From: Candidatus Cloacimonadales bacterium
GTDB lineage: Bacteria > Cloacimonadota > Cloacimonadia > Cloacimonadales > DAONDQ01
DNA: 64,000 nucleotides
Assembly (NCBI GenBank): GCA_963662275.1
Contig: OY759316.1
Location: 1,920,001-1,984,000, forward strand
Direction of reading: 5' to 3'
How positions within the stretch are numbered: position 1 is the first letter of the stretch; each line of letters starts with the position of its first letter. Below, piece after piece: positions 48,701 through 57,757 of the stretch. Below the pieces are notes generated by a model that saw only the letters and a list, made by a program, of their open reading frames with translations, made no database searches and was not told where the DNA came from. The position numbers and the translations under genes are program-made.

Positions 48701-50277
48701 GGGGTAGGGGATGTTTTCCAACACACTCCTTTTTCGGTAATACTGTTGTTTCCATCGCTCGAAATAGTACCTCCGCTTCTGGCGGATCTATAATCTACAT
48801 TCGTAATTGCAGTTGTGCTGATTGTTGCAAAAGTGTCTGTAGTAAACGACAGTTCATTACCATATCCTACACCGATGCCGTTAATTGCATAAGCCCTGAT
48901 ATAATATGTTGTAGAGTGACTCAATCCTGTTATCGATGAACTAAAATAAGTAACACTACTCCCATCATTGGTGTGGGGATCTGTTACTGTGGGATTGTGA
49001 CTGGTACTCCAACAGACACCCCTCGAATAAATATATGAACCATGGTCATTCATTAAGTATCCACCGCTAGTCGCAGTTGTAACGCCAATATTTTCAATTG
49101 GACGGGTAGTTATACTGGGATAATTAGCCAGGATAAAACTCTTCTCTGTACCATATTTCGTCGTTAATTGGTCTGTTACGTATGATCGCACATAATAGGT
49201 GATTTCTGAAGTCAGGTCAGTCAGATTTGTAGTATAATGCCCGGGAACTGTTCCATAGTGTGTGTGCGAGCCGGAGATGGTCGGGTTTGGAGAAGTACCC
49301 CAACAGATACCATAGGCACTGAATGTGAGCAAAGAGTTTGGTTCTAAGGTTGCTCCAGATGTTGCAGATGAATTTGTCATAGCAGTAATGTCATCTGTAT
49401 TGATAACAGAACTTACCTCATAATGCACAATAGTAGAATGATGTTTTCCTATCAGCATGTCAAGATAACCATCATGGTCAATATCTGCAAAACAAGGTGC
49501 TGCACAAGCCAGGACTTCGGTATTTGAGAAATTAGTACTGGCAAGAGTAAATGTGTTCGAATTAACTGAGTTTTGAATATACTGATAGGTAAAACCATCA
49601 TAGTTACCCACAAATAAATCCAGAAAACCATCATTATTGTAATCTGTTACATAAGGAACAGATTCATTACCGATATCGATACCATTAAAATTGTTGGTTA
49701 CTAATACAAAACTCGAGGAATTATGTGCAGTTTGTTCAAAATGCGTTATCACTCCGCTACTCTCTCCAACTAACAAATCAAGCCTGCCATCACCATCCAG
49801 ATCACAGAAGAAAGGGTTGGCAGCTGAACCGACATAGAGACTACAAAAGTCATTGGTCACAAGTGTGAAATCAGATGAATTAGGTGCACTTTGCCTGTAA
49901 TAATAAAGATATCCTCTCTGACCTGAATAACTGTTCCCTATAATCAAATCAAGCAGTCCATCACCATCAAAATCTGTGATAGTGGGAGAAGGATATGATG
50001 CAACTACTATCCCGCTAAAAAAACTGGAGCGCTCCACAAAGGTCAAAGAGCCATAACTGCTTTGCTCCCAATGAGCTAATTTGTTACCACTGATTCCACC
50101 GAATATCAGATCAATAAGTCCATCATGATCCAAATCCGTCAGACAAGGTTTGGAAGCCATTACCGAATAACTAATATTCGAAAAGCTGTTCGTAACCAGG
50201 TTGAAATCACCTGCATGAAGGTTGGATATAAAAATTAAAAGTGCAATCAGGCAGTATCCTTTAGTAATTTTGCTCAT
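45793..50277 (-). CDS. Secreted FG-GAP/VCBS repeat + FN3 + 2x LamG protein with FYRVVA C-terminal domain
   Basis: Start ATG 50277 (MSKITKG) with GGAGG RBS. D.D.DG..DL..G repeats, FN3 YYVRAYA units and LamG motifs. Confidence 0.9.
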   Translation of the reverse strand: MSKITKGYCLIALLIFISNLHAGDFNLVTNSFSNISYSVMASKPCLTDLDHDGLIDLIFGGISGNKLAHWEQSSYGSLTFVERSSFFSGIVVASYPSPTITDFDGDGLLDLIIGNSYSGQRGYLYYYRQSAPNSSDFTLVTNDFCSLYVGSAANPFFCDLDGDGRLDLLVGESSGVITHFEQTAHNSSSFVLVTNNFNGIDIGNESVPYVTDYNNDGFLDLFVGNYDGFTYQYIQNSVNSNTFTLASTNFSNTEVLACAAPCFADIDHDGYLDMLIGKHHSTIVHYEVSSVINTDDITAMTNSSATSGATLEPNSLLTFSAYGICWGTSPNPTISGSHTHYGTVPGHYTTNLTDLTSEITYYVRSYVTDQLTTKYGTEKSFILANYPSITTRPIENIGVTTATSGGYLMNDHGSYIYSRGVCWSTSHNPTVTDPHTNDGSSVTYFSSSITGLSHSTTYYIRAYAINGIGVGYGNELSFTTDTFATISTTAITNVDYRSARSGGTISSDGNNSITEKGVCWKTSPTPLITDTQTYCGTGTGTFSASITGLAKGTKYYVRAYAKNGVGTGYGEELSFTTDDVPTVTTNTISLIDTVAAICEGSVTSENGEAVTARGICWSTSANPTVDGLHTTNGAGLGTFTGNLTGLTHDTRYHVHAYATNAVGTGYGADTEFSTPYRLNNALDFDGNDDNITIPVTLPNQGTIEFWFKANDISGGYLWSETSGSSNFYCTIASNRLYVWIGSSGNSLIYSTLNTNTWYHCAVTWIKAGMAVTSQLYVNGSLVTSTVNPWIAPVPPLTIGYRAGSSFFNGQLDEFRVWNTARTQAQIQDNMCKFATPPTTNLLMYYNFNNVTGSVVSDLSGNGYNGTMNNMSDFSWVHSSVSMGVLGTSVRTATPTSIGSTGKQMTLTITTTPDNSNFLGIYYTGSGTDVIDSETFPGNITQRADAVWGVFKTGTVTANLSINYSNIPLADYQFVRLLKRNNPLSDWTDITTTATQNVSSRTFLLTGLSSFSEFSVAQGTGPEGVAGTCLLFDGTDDYINVGNSTVLNAGNVLSLEAWVKPDIMTTRQGIYSTAFNNSAGSFQLEIGIGSGGTNRVAVSGLSTWVAQTNDNAITPGMWNHIVYTRSGTGAGTHKIYVNGQEMSLISDANYTFVNNTSNKVIGSGTSGTQLYKGLMDEVRLWNVALSAQQIRENASLPLSGNETGLVAYWQFNDNSGSSANELISGLNGTLTNMSSGSWCSSTIPFGQGNTYTREEISGNVSFPGTGLLIYYDSYDGASVTVTKLNQAPNLNPSGSIIVYDSQYWIVNRYGSGSFNANLIFSVNENVTVADESHPEYFKLYTRSSSSDAAWTLATQAYAVDADANTVTFNSITSFCQYIIAYAGQDSVGTPQNITITANDPLIQISWDSVSGASSYKIIASDSTNGTFTNISSQGVFSSARTSAINTGSKYASTEQFIRSSRAYQRDNNGTRTRITWTTNSVGISKKFYRVVASTD

Positions 50278-50432
50278 TCTATTCCTCCGGAATTCTCGAA
50301 TCTGAATATGTTGAACGAAGCTGCAAGCAGCAGTACCGTTCGCAGTAAACTCGTGTTTCATGCATTTAAACTATTGATATACTGAACCCTCACTAAAAGC
50401 ATACTTACCCCCAAAATTAACTGGAGGTAAGT

Positions 50433-51305
50433 ATGGAATCATACGAAGTTCGCTTTTTAGAGTGCCTTGATCTTCGAGGCGTGTCCCGAGAGACAAAATA
50501 CAATTACATCAGACAAGTCACTTCTTTAGCATCATATTATGGTCAAGACCCCGGCACACTATCTATTGAACAGGTAAGAACATATTTTGTCTACCTGCAT
50601 AACGTCAAGAATTATAGTCCTCAGAGTTTAAAATCAGCCTATTATGGCATCAGATTTTTTTTCATCCATGTTGTTGGTTTCAGGCAAGAGGATTTTACCT
50701 TTTTTAAGGCAAAGATTGAGCACAAACTTCCTGTGATTCTGACCACAGACGAAGTTAGAATGCTTATCTCCCGCATTCATACTTATGATTATCGACTCTT
50801 ACTGACTCTTACCTATCAATGCGGATTAAGGATTTCGGAAGCAGTCAAGATTAAAATAGCCGATATCAACCGGGAATTGATGACCATCACGGTAAGGCAA
50901 TCCAAAGGCAACAAAGACAGGTCAATACCTCTGCCTGAAAAATTGTATCAGGAACTCCGGGAATATTGGAAAACCCATCAGAACAGACAGCTTTTATTCC
51001 CGAGCAGAAGCACCAGACAGGCTGATATTAACAGAATGACAACCTCGAACCAGATTTCTGTCCAAACTCTTCGGTCAGCTCTGAAGTCAGCCTTAAAGGA
51101 GACACGCATCCCTAAGCATGTAACCTGTCATACACTCAGACATTCTTATGCCACACATTTATTGGAAGCAGGTGTCAGTATCATCATCATCAAAGACTTG
51201 CTCGGGCACGAAAGTCTTAGAGCGACCATGGTATACGTGCATTTGACTAACGTTTCCCGAGAGCAGTCATGTAAAATCATCAATGAACTGATGAATAAGA
51301 TGTAA
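50433..51305 (+). CDS. Site-specific tyrosine recombinase/integrase
   Basis: GLRISE, KGNKDR, HTLRHSYATHLLEAG, LLGH...T..Y catalytic motifs. Confidence 0.93.
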   Translation: MESYEVRFLECLDLRGVSRETKYNYIRQVTSLASYYGQDPGTLSIEQVRTYFVYLHNVKNYSPQSLKSAYYGIRFFFIHVVGFRQEDFTFFKAKIEHKLPVILTTDEVRMLISRIHTYDYRLLLTLTYQCGLRISEAVKIKIADINRELMTITVRQSKGNKDRSIPLPEKLYQELREYWKTHQNRQLLFPSRSTRQADINRMTTSNQISVQTLRSALKSALKETRIPKHVTCHTLRHSYATHLLEAGVSIIIIKDLLGHESLRATMVYVHLTNVSREQSCKIINELMNKM

Positions 51306-52448
51306 ATGGATTTTAGCAGGATTCTCAAAAACAACCTGTCCGAGTATCTGGAAAAATATGGAAACCAGTCACCGGAAAGCCATTTAAGAGCGATCAGAGA
51401 TATTCTCCTTTGCCGGACACCTGAACTGGGCGGAGAAGTCTATTTATGCCAGGAATGTGCGGAACTGCATTATTCCTATCATTCCTGCAAAAACCGTCAC
51501 TGCCCGAAGTGTGGCCGTAATGATTCAGCGAAATGGCTGGAAAAGCAGCTTGCCAAACTGCTGCCGGTTAAGTACTTCATGGTAACTTTCACCATACCCC
51601 GGGAACTGCACAAAACATGCCTGTCAAATCAGAAACTGCTTTATGATCTTCAGTTCAAAGCATCATCTGAAGCCTTAAAGACATTGCTTTCAGATCCCAA
51701 ATATGCCGGTGGCGTTTCAGGCTTTACCGGGGTACTTCATACCTGGACAAGGCAGCTTGAATATCATCCTCATATTCATTATATAGTCCCCGGCGGAGCT
51801 TGGAATAAAGAACGAAAGGAATGGCAAAAAGCAGGCAATAAGTTCCTGATTCCGGTCAAAGCTCTTTCGGTGATTTACCGGGCAAAATTCCGTGATTTGC
51901 TTCGACTGGAAAATCAGCATCTGTTTGGTCGGATATCCCCGCTAGTCTGGCAGCAAAAAGAGTTTGTCACAGACTCCCGACCCGTCGGAAAAGGTCGGGA
52001 GGCTCTGACTTATTTGGCCAATTATGTGTATCGGACCGCCATCACCAACAATCGCATCCTTTGGGAAAAGGACGGGCTGGTAACCTTTAAATACAAGCCG
52101 GCAGGTTCAGCTAAATTCGCCTTTAAAAGCGTCGACTCCGTGGAGTTTATCAATAAGTTCCTGATGCATGTTCTGCCGCAGGGATTTCAGAAAATCAGAT
52201 ACTACGGATTTCTCAGTCCGGCGGCAAAATCTGTCTGGGAGATGGTCAACAGCTTTTTCCCAGCAAAGTCCGATTCTAATGACAAGAATCAGACAGCTAA
52301 AACTTTTGTAATTCCCAAATTTGAAAAAGACCTCTGCCCTAATTGCAAATCAAAGATGACACAGCATGCTTCAATTACCGGAAAACCAAGATCACCGCCT
52401 TGGTCGCTGTTGTTTTTGGCAAATTGCTTTGATGGCGGTAAACTGTAA
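51306..52448 (+). CDS. IS91-family (Y2 HUH) transposase with N-terminal zinc-binding domain
   Basis: SCKNRHCPKC, TFTIP, LHTW..HPHIH (HUH), YLANY (YxxxY), HVLP.GF..IRYYG. Confidence 0.92.
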   Translation: MDFSRILKNNLSEYLEKYGNQSPESHLRAIRDILLCRTPELGGEVYLCQECAELHYSYHSCKNRHCPKCGRNDSAKWLEKQLAKLLPVKYFMVTFTIPRELHKTCLSNQKLLYDLQFKASSEALKTLLSDPKYAGGVSGFTGVLHTWTRQLEYHPHIHYIVPGGAWNKERKEWQKAGNKFLIPVKALSVIYRAKFRDLLRLENQHLFGRISPLVWQQKEFVTDSRPVGKGREALTYLANYVYRTAITNNRILWEKDGLVTFKYKPAGSAKFAFKSVDSVEFINKFLMHVLPQGFQKIRYYGFLSPAAKSVWEMVNSFFPAKSDSNDKNQTAKTFVIPKFEKDLCPNCKSKMTQHASITGKPRSPPWSLLFLANCFDGGKL

Positions 52449-52784
52449 GTTAATTTTACCGACGGGATTGTCTTGCCTAAATTATAGAAACAACCGAAAT
52501 ATTACAGGCAATTTGCTAAAATACTTGAAAACAATATCAGCCCATACACAAAAAGTCTGATCTCAAAGTGATTTGATAACTTCTGAAAAGAAAATCATCT
52601 CTTCCATTGGTAAAAGACTCTGCTAAAATTGTAAAAATCCAATTCAACCCAAGAAATCTTCAAAAAGCAATTTCCAAATACATATTCAAAATCACCCTGC
52701 TACTTGAGCTTGTTCAACAGCATATCCAATCATGTCTATGATGGGAAATGCTTATTATGTTATACTTCATTATTTAAGTATATG

Positions 52785-52800
52785 AGCATTTTAGATGCCA
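52785..52800 (-). promoter_or_regulatory. sigma-54 promoter, probably the native promoter of 45793..50277
   Basis: Minus strand TGGCATCTAAAATGCT (GG-N10-GC), with the same upstream architecture as 32628-32643. Confidence 0.8.
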
Positions 52801-52883
52801 AAGCCATATATGCATTCCTTTCAGTAGTTTATATTTCGTATCGTTAATTTATATCAGGATTTTACTGTATTTCCTGTTATAAA

Positions 52884-52990
52884 TGGTCATTATTGACCAG
52901 TATGTTTTTACTTTTTGAAGGAGAGATCCTCAAATATCAATTCTAAGACTCTCTGAGCGAGTAAGATAGTGATATGGTCGATAATGACCG
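52884..52990. promoter_or_regulatory. Two palindromic upstream activator sites (TGGTC-N6-GACC)
   Basis: TGGTCATTATTGACCA at 52884-52899 and TGGTCGATAATGACCG at 52975-52990. Confidence 0.75.
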
Positions 52991-53157
52991 GAGAATTGAA
53001 TATGTTGGTTTATTTGTATTTGAACCTTGGTTAAGCTCTGAATCCCATCGGGATGAAGGATAATAACGAAAGTCGTTCATGGAATTGCTATTTGCCCTGG
53101 ATCTTCTGAAGTGCCAAAGAAGAAAAGAGCATCAAACTCTCCGACACTAAAGTGCCA

Positions 53158-53397
53158 CCTCCCTTCATCTGAAGGGAGGAATTCAGCAGGAACGGCGTTC
53201 AGGGACGTACGAAGTGCGAAGTGCGAAGTACGAATGCAGAAAGCAGGAACGGCGTCCTACTCTACGCGGCAGACAGTAAGATCGGCATCTTACTCCACAG
53301 CTCAGCAGGAACAGATTCATACCCTATACAGCAGACAGTAAGATTGGCATCTTACTCCACAATTTAGAAGAGGATAGACACATGGGTCTATCCCTAC
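53158..53397 (-). repeat. Cluster of REP-like hairpins
   Basis: Minus-strand GTAGAGTAGGACGCCGTTCCTGCT, two copies of GTGGAGTAAGATGCC.ATCTTACT, GTAGGGATAGACCCATGTGTCTATCC (also at 3974-3999), and a CCTCCCTT..AAGGGAGG hairpin. Confidence 0.75.
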
Positions 53398-55943
53398 AAT
53401 TCTTCTTCAGATAAACCGTATTTCTTGATTTTACGTTCAATGACTTTACGATCTACTTTCAGAAGATTAGCAGCTTGCACACGGTTAAACCCGGTAGCTC
53501 TCAGGGTATTCAATAACATCAATCTTTCCATATCCTGGAGCGGGATGATGTCCTGCATAATATCAGCCCCGTCTTTTTTAACAGGGATGAGAAAATTCTC
53601 CAAATGCAGTGTGGAACTATTAGTGACTAGCACAGCTCTCTCCACCATATTCTTCAATTCACGTATATTACCCGGGTAGTCGTAATTCATCAAATGGGGG
53701 AGAATATCCCTATCAATTTTATTGATCTTCTTATTCAAAGCATTGGAAGACAAGCCAACAAAATGCTCTAATAATAAAGGAATATCTTCTTTATGTTCCC
53801 TCAGGGGTGGAATGTTAATGACAAAGATTGCCAGCCGGTGATAGAGATCACGTCTGAATTCAGATGAATTGACTTTATCTATCAGGTTGAGGTTTGTTGC
53901 GCTGATGATCCTGACGTCTATTGGTATTTCCTTATATGAGCCAACTCTGATAATGCTTCTTTCTTCCAAAACACGGAGCAGCTTTGCCTGTTGCTCATGA
54001 GATAGATTACCTATTTCATCCAGGAATAAAGAGCTTTTATTGGAAATTTCAAACCAACCTATCTTAGCGGTGTTTGCCCCAGTAAAAGAATCTTTCTCAT
54101 GCCCGAAGAACTGGCTTTCAAACAGAGCTTCCGGTACGGCAGAGCAATTAACTGCATAGAAGTGTTGTTTTGCCCGTTTGCTGCTGGCATGGATGTTACG
54201 GGCTACAATTTCCTTACCTGTCCCTGTTTCACCTGTGATAAGCACATTTGTCTTATCTGAATGCGCTACGAGGGTTATCATTTCAATGATCTTACGAATA
54301 GACTCACTCGTCCCAATCAGAGTAGTCTTGATATCCTTAGTCAATTCATCAGATACGAAGTTATAACGTATTTCACTATTATGTAGTTTATCGAGAGTAT
54401 CCTGGAGTTTAGCTTTCTGCTTTTCTATTTCCTGGTTCTTTGCTTCCAGTTCGAGATTCCTCTGACGGTATAATTCTGCTTCCCTTTCTTTCTTTTCGGT
54501 TTCATATTTCGTCTGCATCTCTGCTATTTTGGTAACACTATCTTCTTTTACAAGCTTATCCTTTTCTTCACTGTATTGCAGAAGAGCTCGACAGGCTTTT
54601 TCATATTCATGTTTCAGTAAATAAATCTCATAATAACGATGATGTATTTCTATATACATTTTTTCATATTCATTTTCATGAATCAGCTTTTCTGCTTTTT
54701 GCAATATAGAAAGGGCTTCGTCGCTTTTTTCATTTTGAATCAGAACTTGAACCATCTGTATTTCAATGCTGGCTTGCTGAAACTGTTCTTTTATTTCTAC
54801 AGCTATTTTATGTGCATTATCCAAATATTCCATTGCCTTCTGATAATCTTTGAAATATGTTGAATAGATGATACCGATATTCTCCAATACTATGGTCATA
54901 TTTGATTTATCACTAATTTCCTCTGCCAGTTCCAGAGATTTAATAAAACAATCAAAAGCTTCCTGATATTCTTCCCGTTCTAAATAGATATTTCCAATGT
55001 TATTCTGGAGCATGGATTTTTGATTGATATCACCAATCGCTTCAAAATGAGTTAGTGCTTTTGTGTAATATTCAAGTGCAGTGTCCAGATCCCCGAAATC
55101 CTTATAAAATACTCCCAGGTTCAGCCAATTGGTTGCAAGGCTGTTCATGTCCTTTAATTCCTCTTTAATTCTAGTGGACTTTAAGGAATATTCGATTGCT
55201 TTTTCCAGATTGTTCATCTTATGATAAATAACAGCAACGGCATTCAAGTCCATGGCAATTTGCTTCAGGTTATTCGATTTTTCATAATAAGCAATACATT
55301 CAAATTTTAAATTCAAGGCTTCCATTAATTTACCTTGTGCATTCAAATAATTTGCCATATTACTCAAAGCCAAATATTCCAGATCGATTCTACCGAGCTT
55401 TTTAAATCCCTTTATTGCTTCATTTACGCATGAGATAGAAAGATCAGTATTTCCACGGGAATTATGCAGAACCCCCAGGTTCATGTATATACCAGCAACT
55501 TCCAATGTATCTTTTCTTTTCTTGAATGTCACCAGTGCTTTTTGAAAGAATGAAATAGCCAAGTCCAAATGGTTCATTCGCCAGTGCAATCTCGCCATCA
55601 TATTGTAAACCTGGTGAATAAACTCATAATCATATCCATGGGAAGTTATTGTGAGCAATTGATCTAGAATCGATAGTGCTTCATCTATATCAAACATGAG
55701 AAAATGGCATCTGCCAAGAAGGTGCAATATTTCCATTTGCTTATCGAACAAAGTATTTGCTTGCGCAAGTTTCAATGCCCTTTGGAGTCTATCCATACAT
55801 ACCGGACATTTATCCTTATCCGGCTTATCCGGTTCAGGGCATTTTTCCATAAGCTTTGAAAGATCGGATAGGAAAGAAACCTCTGGTTTCTGGGTTCGAC
55901 CAGCTTTTTTATTCATAATATTTCCTATATTGCTGGAGTTCAT
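53394..55943 (-). CDS. sigma-54-dependent transcriptional activator (TPR repeats, AAA+, HTH) with variant DSFTGA loop
   Basis: GETGTGKE, FFGHEKDSFTGA, LFLDEI, YPGNIREL, HTH and many TPRs. The true start may be 55916. Confidence 0.92.
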   Translation of the reverse strand: MNSSNIGNIMNKKAGRTQKPEVSFLSDLSKLMEKCPEPDKPDKDKCPVCMDRLQRALKLAQANTLFDKQMEILHLLGRCHFLMFDIDEALSILDQLLTITSHGYDYEFIHQVYNMMARLHWRMNHLDLAISFFQKALVTFKKRKDTLEVAGIYMNLGVLHNSRGNTDLSISCVNEAIKGFKKLGRIDLEYLALSNMANYLNAQGKLMEALNLKFECIAYYEKSNNLKQIAMDLNAVAVIYHKMNNLEKAIEYSLKSTRIKEELKDMNSLATNWLNLGVFYKDFGDLDTALEYYTKALTHFEAIGDINQKSMLQNNIGNIYLEREEYQEAFDCFIKSLELAEEISDKSNMTIVLENIGIIYSTYFKDYQKAMEYLDNAHKIAVEIKEQFQQASIEIQMVQVLIQNEKSDEALSILQKAEKLIHENEYEKMYIEIHHRYYEIYLLKHEYEKACRALLQYSEEKDKLVKEDSVTKIAEMQTKYETEKKEREAELYRQRNLELEAKNQEIEKQKAKLQDTLDKLHNSEIRYNFVSDELTKDIKTTLIGTSESIRKIIEMITLVAHSDKTNVLITGETGTGKEIVARNIHASSKRAKQHFYAVNCSAVPEALFESQFFGHEKDSFTGANTAKIGWFEISNKSSLFLDEIGNLSHEQQAKLLRVLEERSIIRVGSYKEIPIDVRIISATNLNLIDKVNSSEFRRDLYHRLAIFVINIPPLREHKEDIPLLLEHFVGLSSNALNKKINKIDRDILPHLMNYDYPGNIRELKNMVERAVLVTNSSTLHLENFLIPVKKDGADIMQDIIPLQDMERLMLLNTLRATGFNRVQAANLLKVDRKVIERKIKKYGLSEEEL

Positions 55944-56193
55944 ATTTTATTTAATTTTAATCTCGATTCATATCAGTTTTTATCATACAATTATTAAATA
56001 TCAAATACTGAATTCTTCTGTCAAGAAAAAGCTCATTCAGATGATTTGCAGCTTATGGTGATAGCTTTATTTTGTTCAGTTTATATGAACCTGATATCTG
56101 TTATCTGTCACATATTACCATCTGCCACCACCATTCCTATTGACAAAATATTCTGCCATATAGAAGTTTCATCAAAAAACCTTTGGAGGAATC

Positions 56194-57147
56194 ATGAAGC
56201 GAATCCTGGTGATTGGTGCCGGTGGACAAATCGGTTCTGAACTCGTACCATATCTGCGTAATATCTACGGAACTGACAATGTCATTGGATCTGATATCAA
56301 TGCAGCTTGTTGTAGTGAATTGGCAATGCAGGGACCATTTGAGATTTTTGATGTTTTGGATATGAATGTACTTACTGACATCGTTAAAAAACACAAAATA
56401 GATGCAATATTCAACTTGGTTGCAATGCTATCCGCCAAAGGTGAAGCGAATCCACAGATTGCCTGGAAGATCAACATGGGTGCGTTGAATAATTGTCTGG
56501 AAGCTGCTCGAGAAAATAAATGTGCTATCTTCACACCAAGTTCCATCGGAGCTTTTGGGCTTAGTACTCCTCATGATAATACTCCCCAGGACACAATCAT
56601 GCGTCCGAATACGATATATGGTGTATCCAAAGTCGCTGCTGAACTGTTAAGCGATTACTATTTCCAGCGTTTCGGAGTGGATGCTCGGGGAGTTCGTTAT
56701 CCCGGCATTATTTCCAATGTTACTCTTCCCGGTGGTGGAACTACGGATTATGCAGTTGAAATCTATTATGAAGCTATAAAAAATAAGAAATATACTTGCA
56801 ATCTGAAAGCAGGAACCTTCCTTGATATGATGTACATGCCTGACGCTCTTAGAGCATGTGTAGAACTTATGGAAGCAGATCCCTCAAAGTTTATCCATAG
56901 GAATTGCTTTAACGTTACTGCGATGAGTTTTGAACCTGAAATGATAGCCGCTTCCATACGCAAGTTCATTCCTGAATTCAAGATGGATTATGATGTCAAT
57001 CCTGTGAAACAGGCAATTGCTGATAGTTGGCCAAATAAGATGGATGATTCCGCTGCCACTGCTGAATGGGGCTGGAAACCGGAATATGATTTGGATAGGG
57101 TTACGGAAGACATGCTGAAGGTACTCAAATCGAGAATTATAAAGTAG
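56194..57147 (+). CDS. NAD-dependent epimerase/dehydratase family protein, L-threonine 3-dehydrogenase (SDR type)
   Basis: GAGGQIG, PSSIGAFG, YGVSK, PGGGTTDY, MMYMPD motifs; GGAGG RBS. Confidence 0.88.
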   Translation: MKRILVIGAGGQIGSELVPYLRNIYGTDNVIGSDINAACCSELAMQGPFEIFDVLDMNVLTDIVKKHKIDAIFNLVAMLSAKGEANPQIAWKINMGALNNCLEAARENKCAIFTPSSIGAFGLSTPHDNTPQDTIMRPNTIYGVSKVAAELLSDYYFQRFGVDARGVRYPGIISNVTLPGGGTTDYAVEIYYEAIKNKKYTCNLKAGTFLDMMYMPDALRACVELMEADPSKFIHRNCFNVTAMSFEPEMIAASIRKFIPEFKMDYDVNPVKQAIADSWPNKMDDSAATAEWGWKPEYDLDRVTEDMLKVLKSRIIK

Positions 57148-57757
57148 CTCCGCCTTCAGACGGTTGGTCAATTGCGAGTAGGGGTTTGCGGTAGTAAACC
57201 CTTCTGGAGCGCCGATTCCTCTAAGACGAACGATTGGCAGAAAATATATTAAAGAAGCATCATAACTGATGATTTTGACGATTGAATTCCTCATTCCAAT
57301 AGAAAAGAATTCGGAGTAGTAGTCACAGATTCTATAAGATCGGAATCTTATGCCACAAGATATACCAAGTTCATACTAATCTCATACTAATTTCTTGAAA
57401 CAGGGTACGATTACTATAGCAATACGGTAGGAATACGGTTTTTTACCGTAATGATACCGTATTGCTACCGTATTGGTACCGTAGTGCTCATATGTGTATT
57501 GGTAAAGCAAGACGCCGTTCTTGCTATCTGCGTGGTAGCTCATCCTTTAGGCTTGGTGGAAATGACTTCAGGCGTTGATTGCTTTGCAGAAGGTTCTAGG
57601 TGTTAGGTGTTAGGTGCTAGCTCAGAGCAGACCAGACAAGAGCAGACCAGAACTAGCTCTCCCGGCCACCCTCCCTTTGCAAATGGGAGGGAACGGAGCA
57701 GATTTACTGCCTCAAAACCCTTCTGCGATTTTTAGTTATTAGTTTTTAGCTTTTAGT

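Larger units (their letters stand above)
50309..52719 (+). mobile_element. Tyrosine recombinase + IS91-like transposase element with imperfect terminal inverted repeats
   Basis: Two-gene cassette bounded by TGTTGAACGAAGCTGCAAGCAGCAG (50309-50333) and CTGCTACTTGAGCTTGTTCAACA (52697-52719). Confidence 0.8.

Noticed and set aside
50278..50361. Longer N-terminus for the 45793 gene (also 13940-13978 and 60016-60060 extensions)
   Set aside because: Downstream ATGs have better RBSs (and signal peptides for the two surface proteins); the 50361 extension runs into the mobile element end
50433..51305. Integron integrase with cassette array
   Set aside because: Short 290-aa recombinase without an evident IntI-specific insertion, coupled to an IS91 transposase, and no array of attC-flanked cassettes
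52738..52765. Possible dif site (TTATGTTATAC; also ATATGTTGAAC at 50306)
   Set aside because: Only a XerD-like half is present, with no XerC-like arm at 6-bp spacing
57148..57245. Possible structured ncRNA after the dehydrogenase
   Set aside because: Only a short GGGTTT..AAACCC hairpin is visible and no family is recognisable
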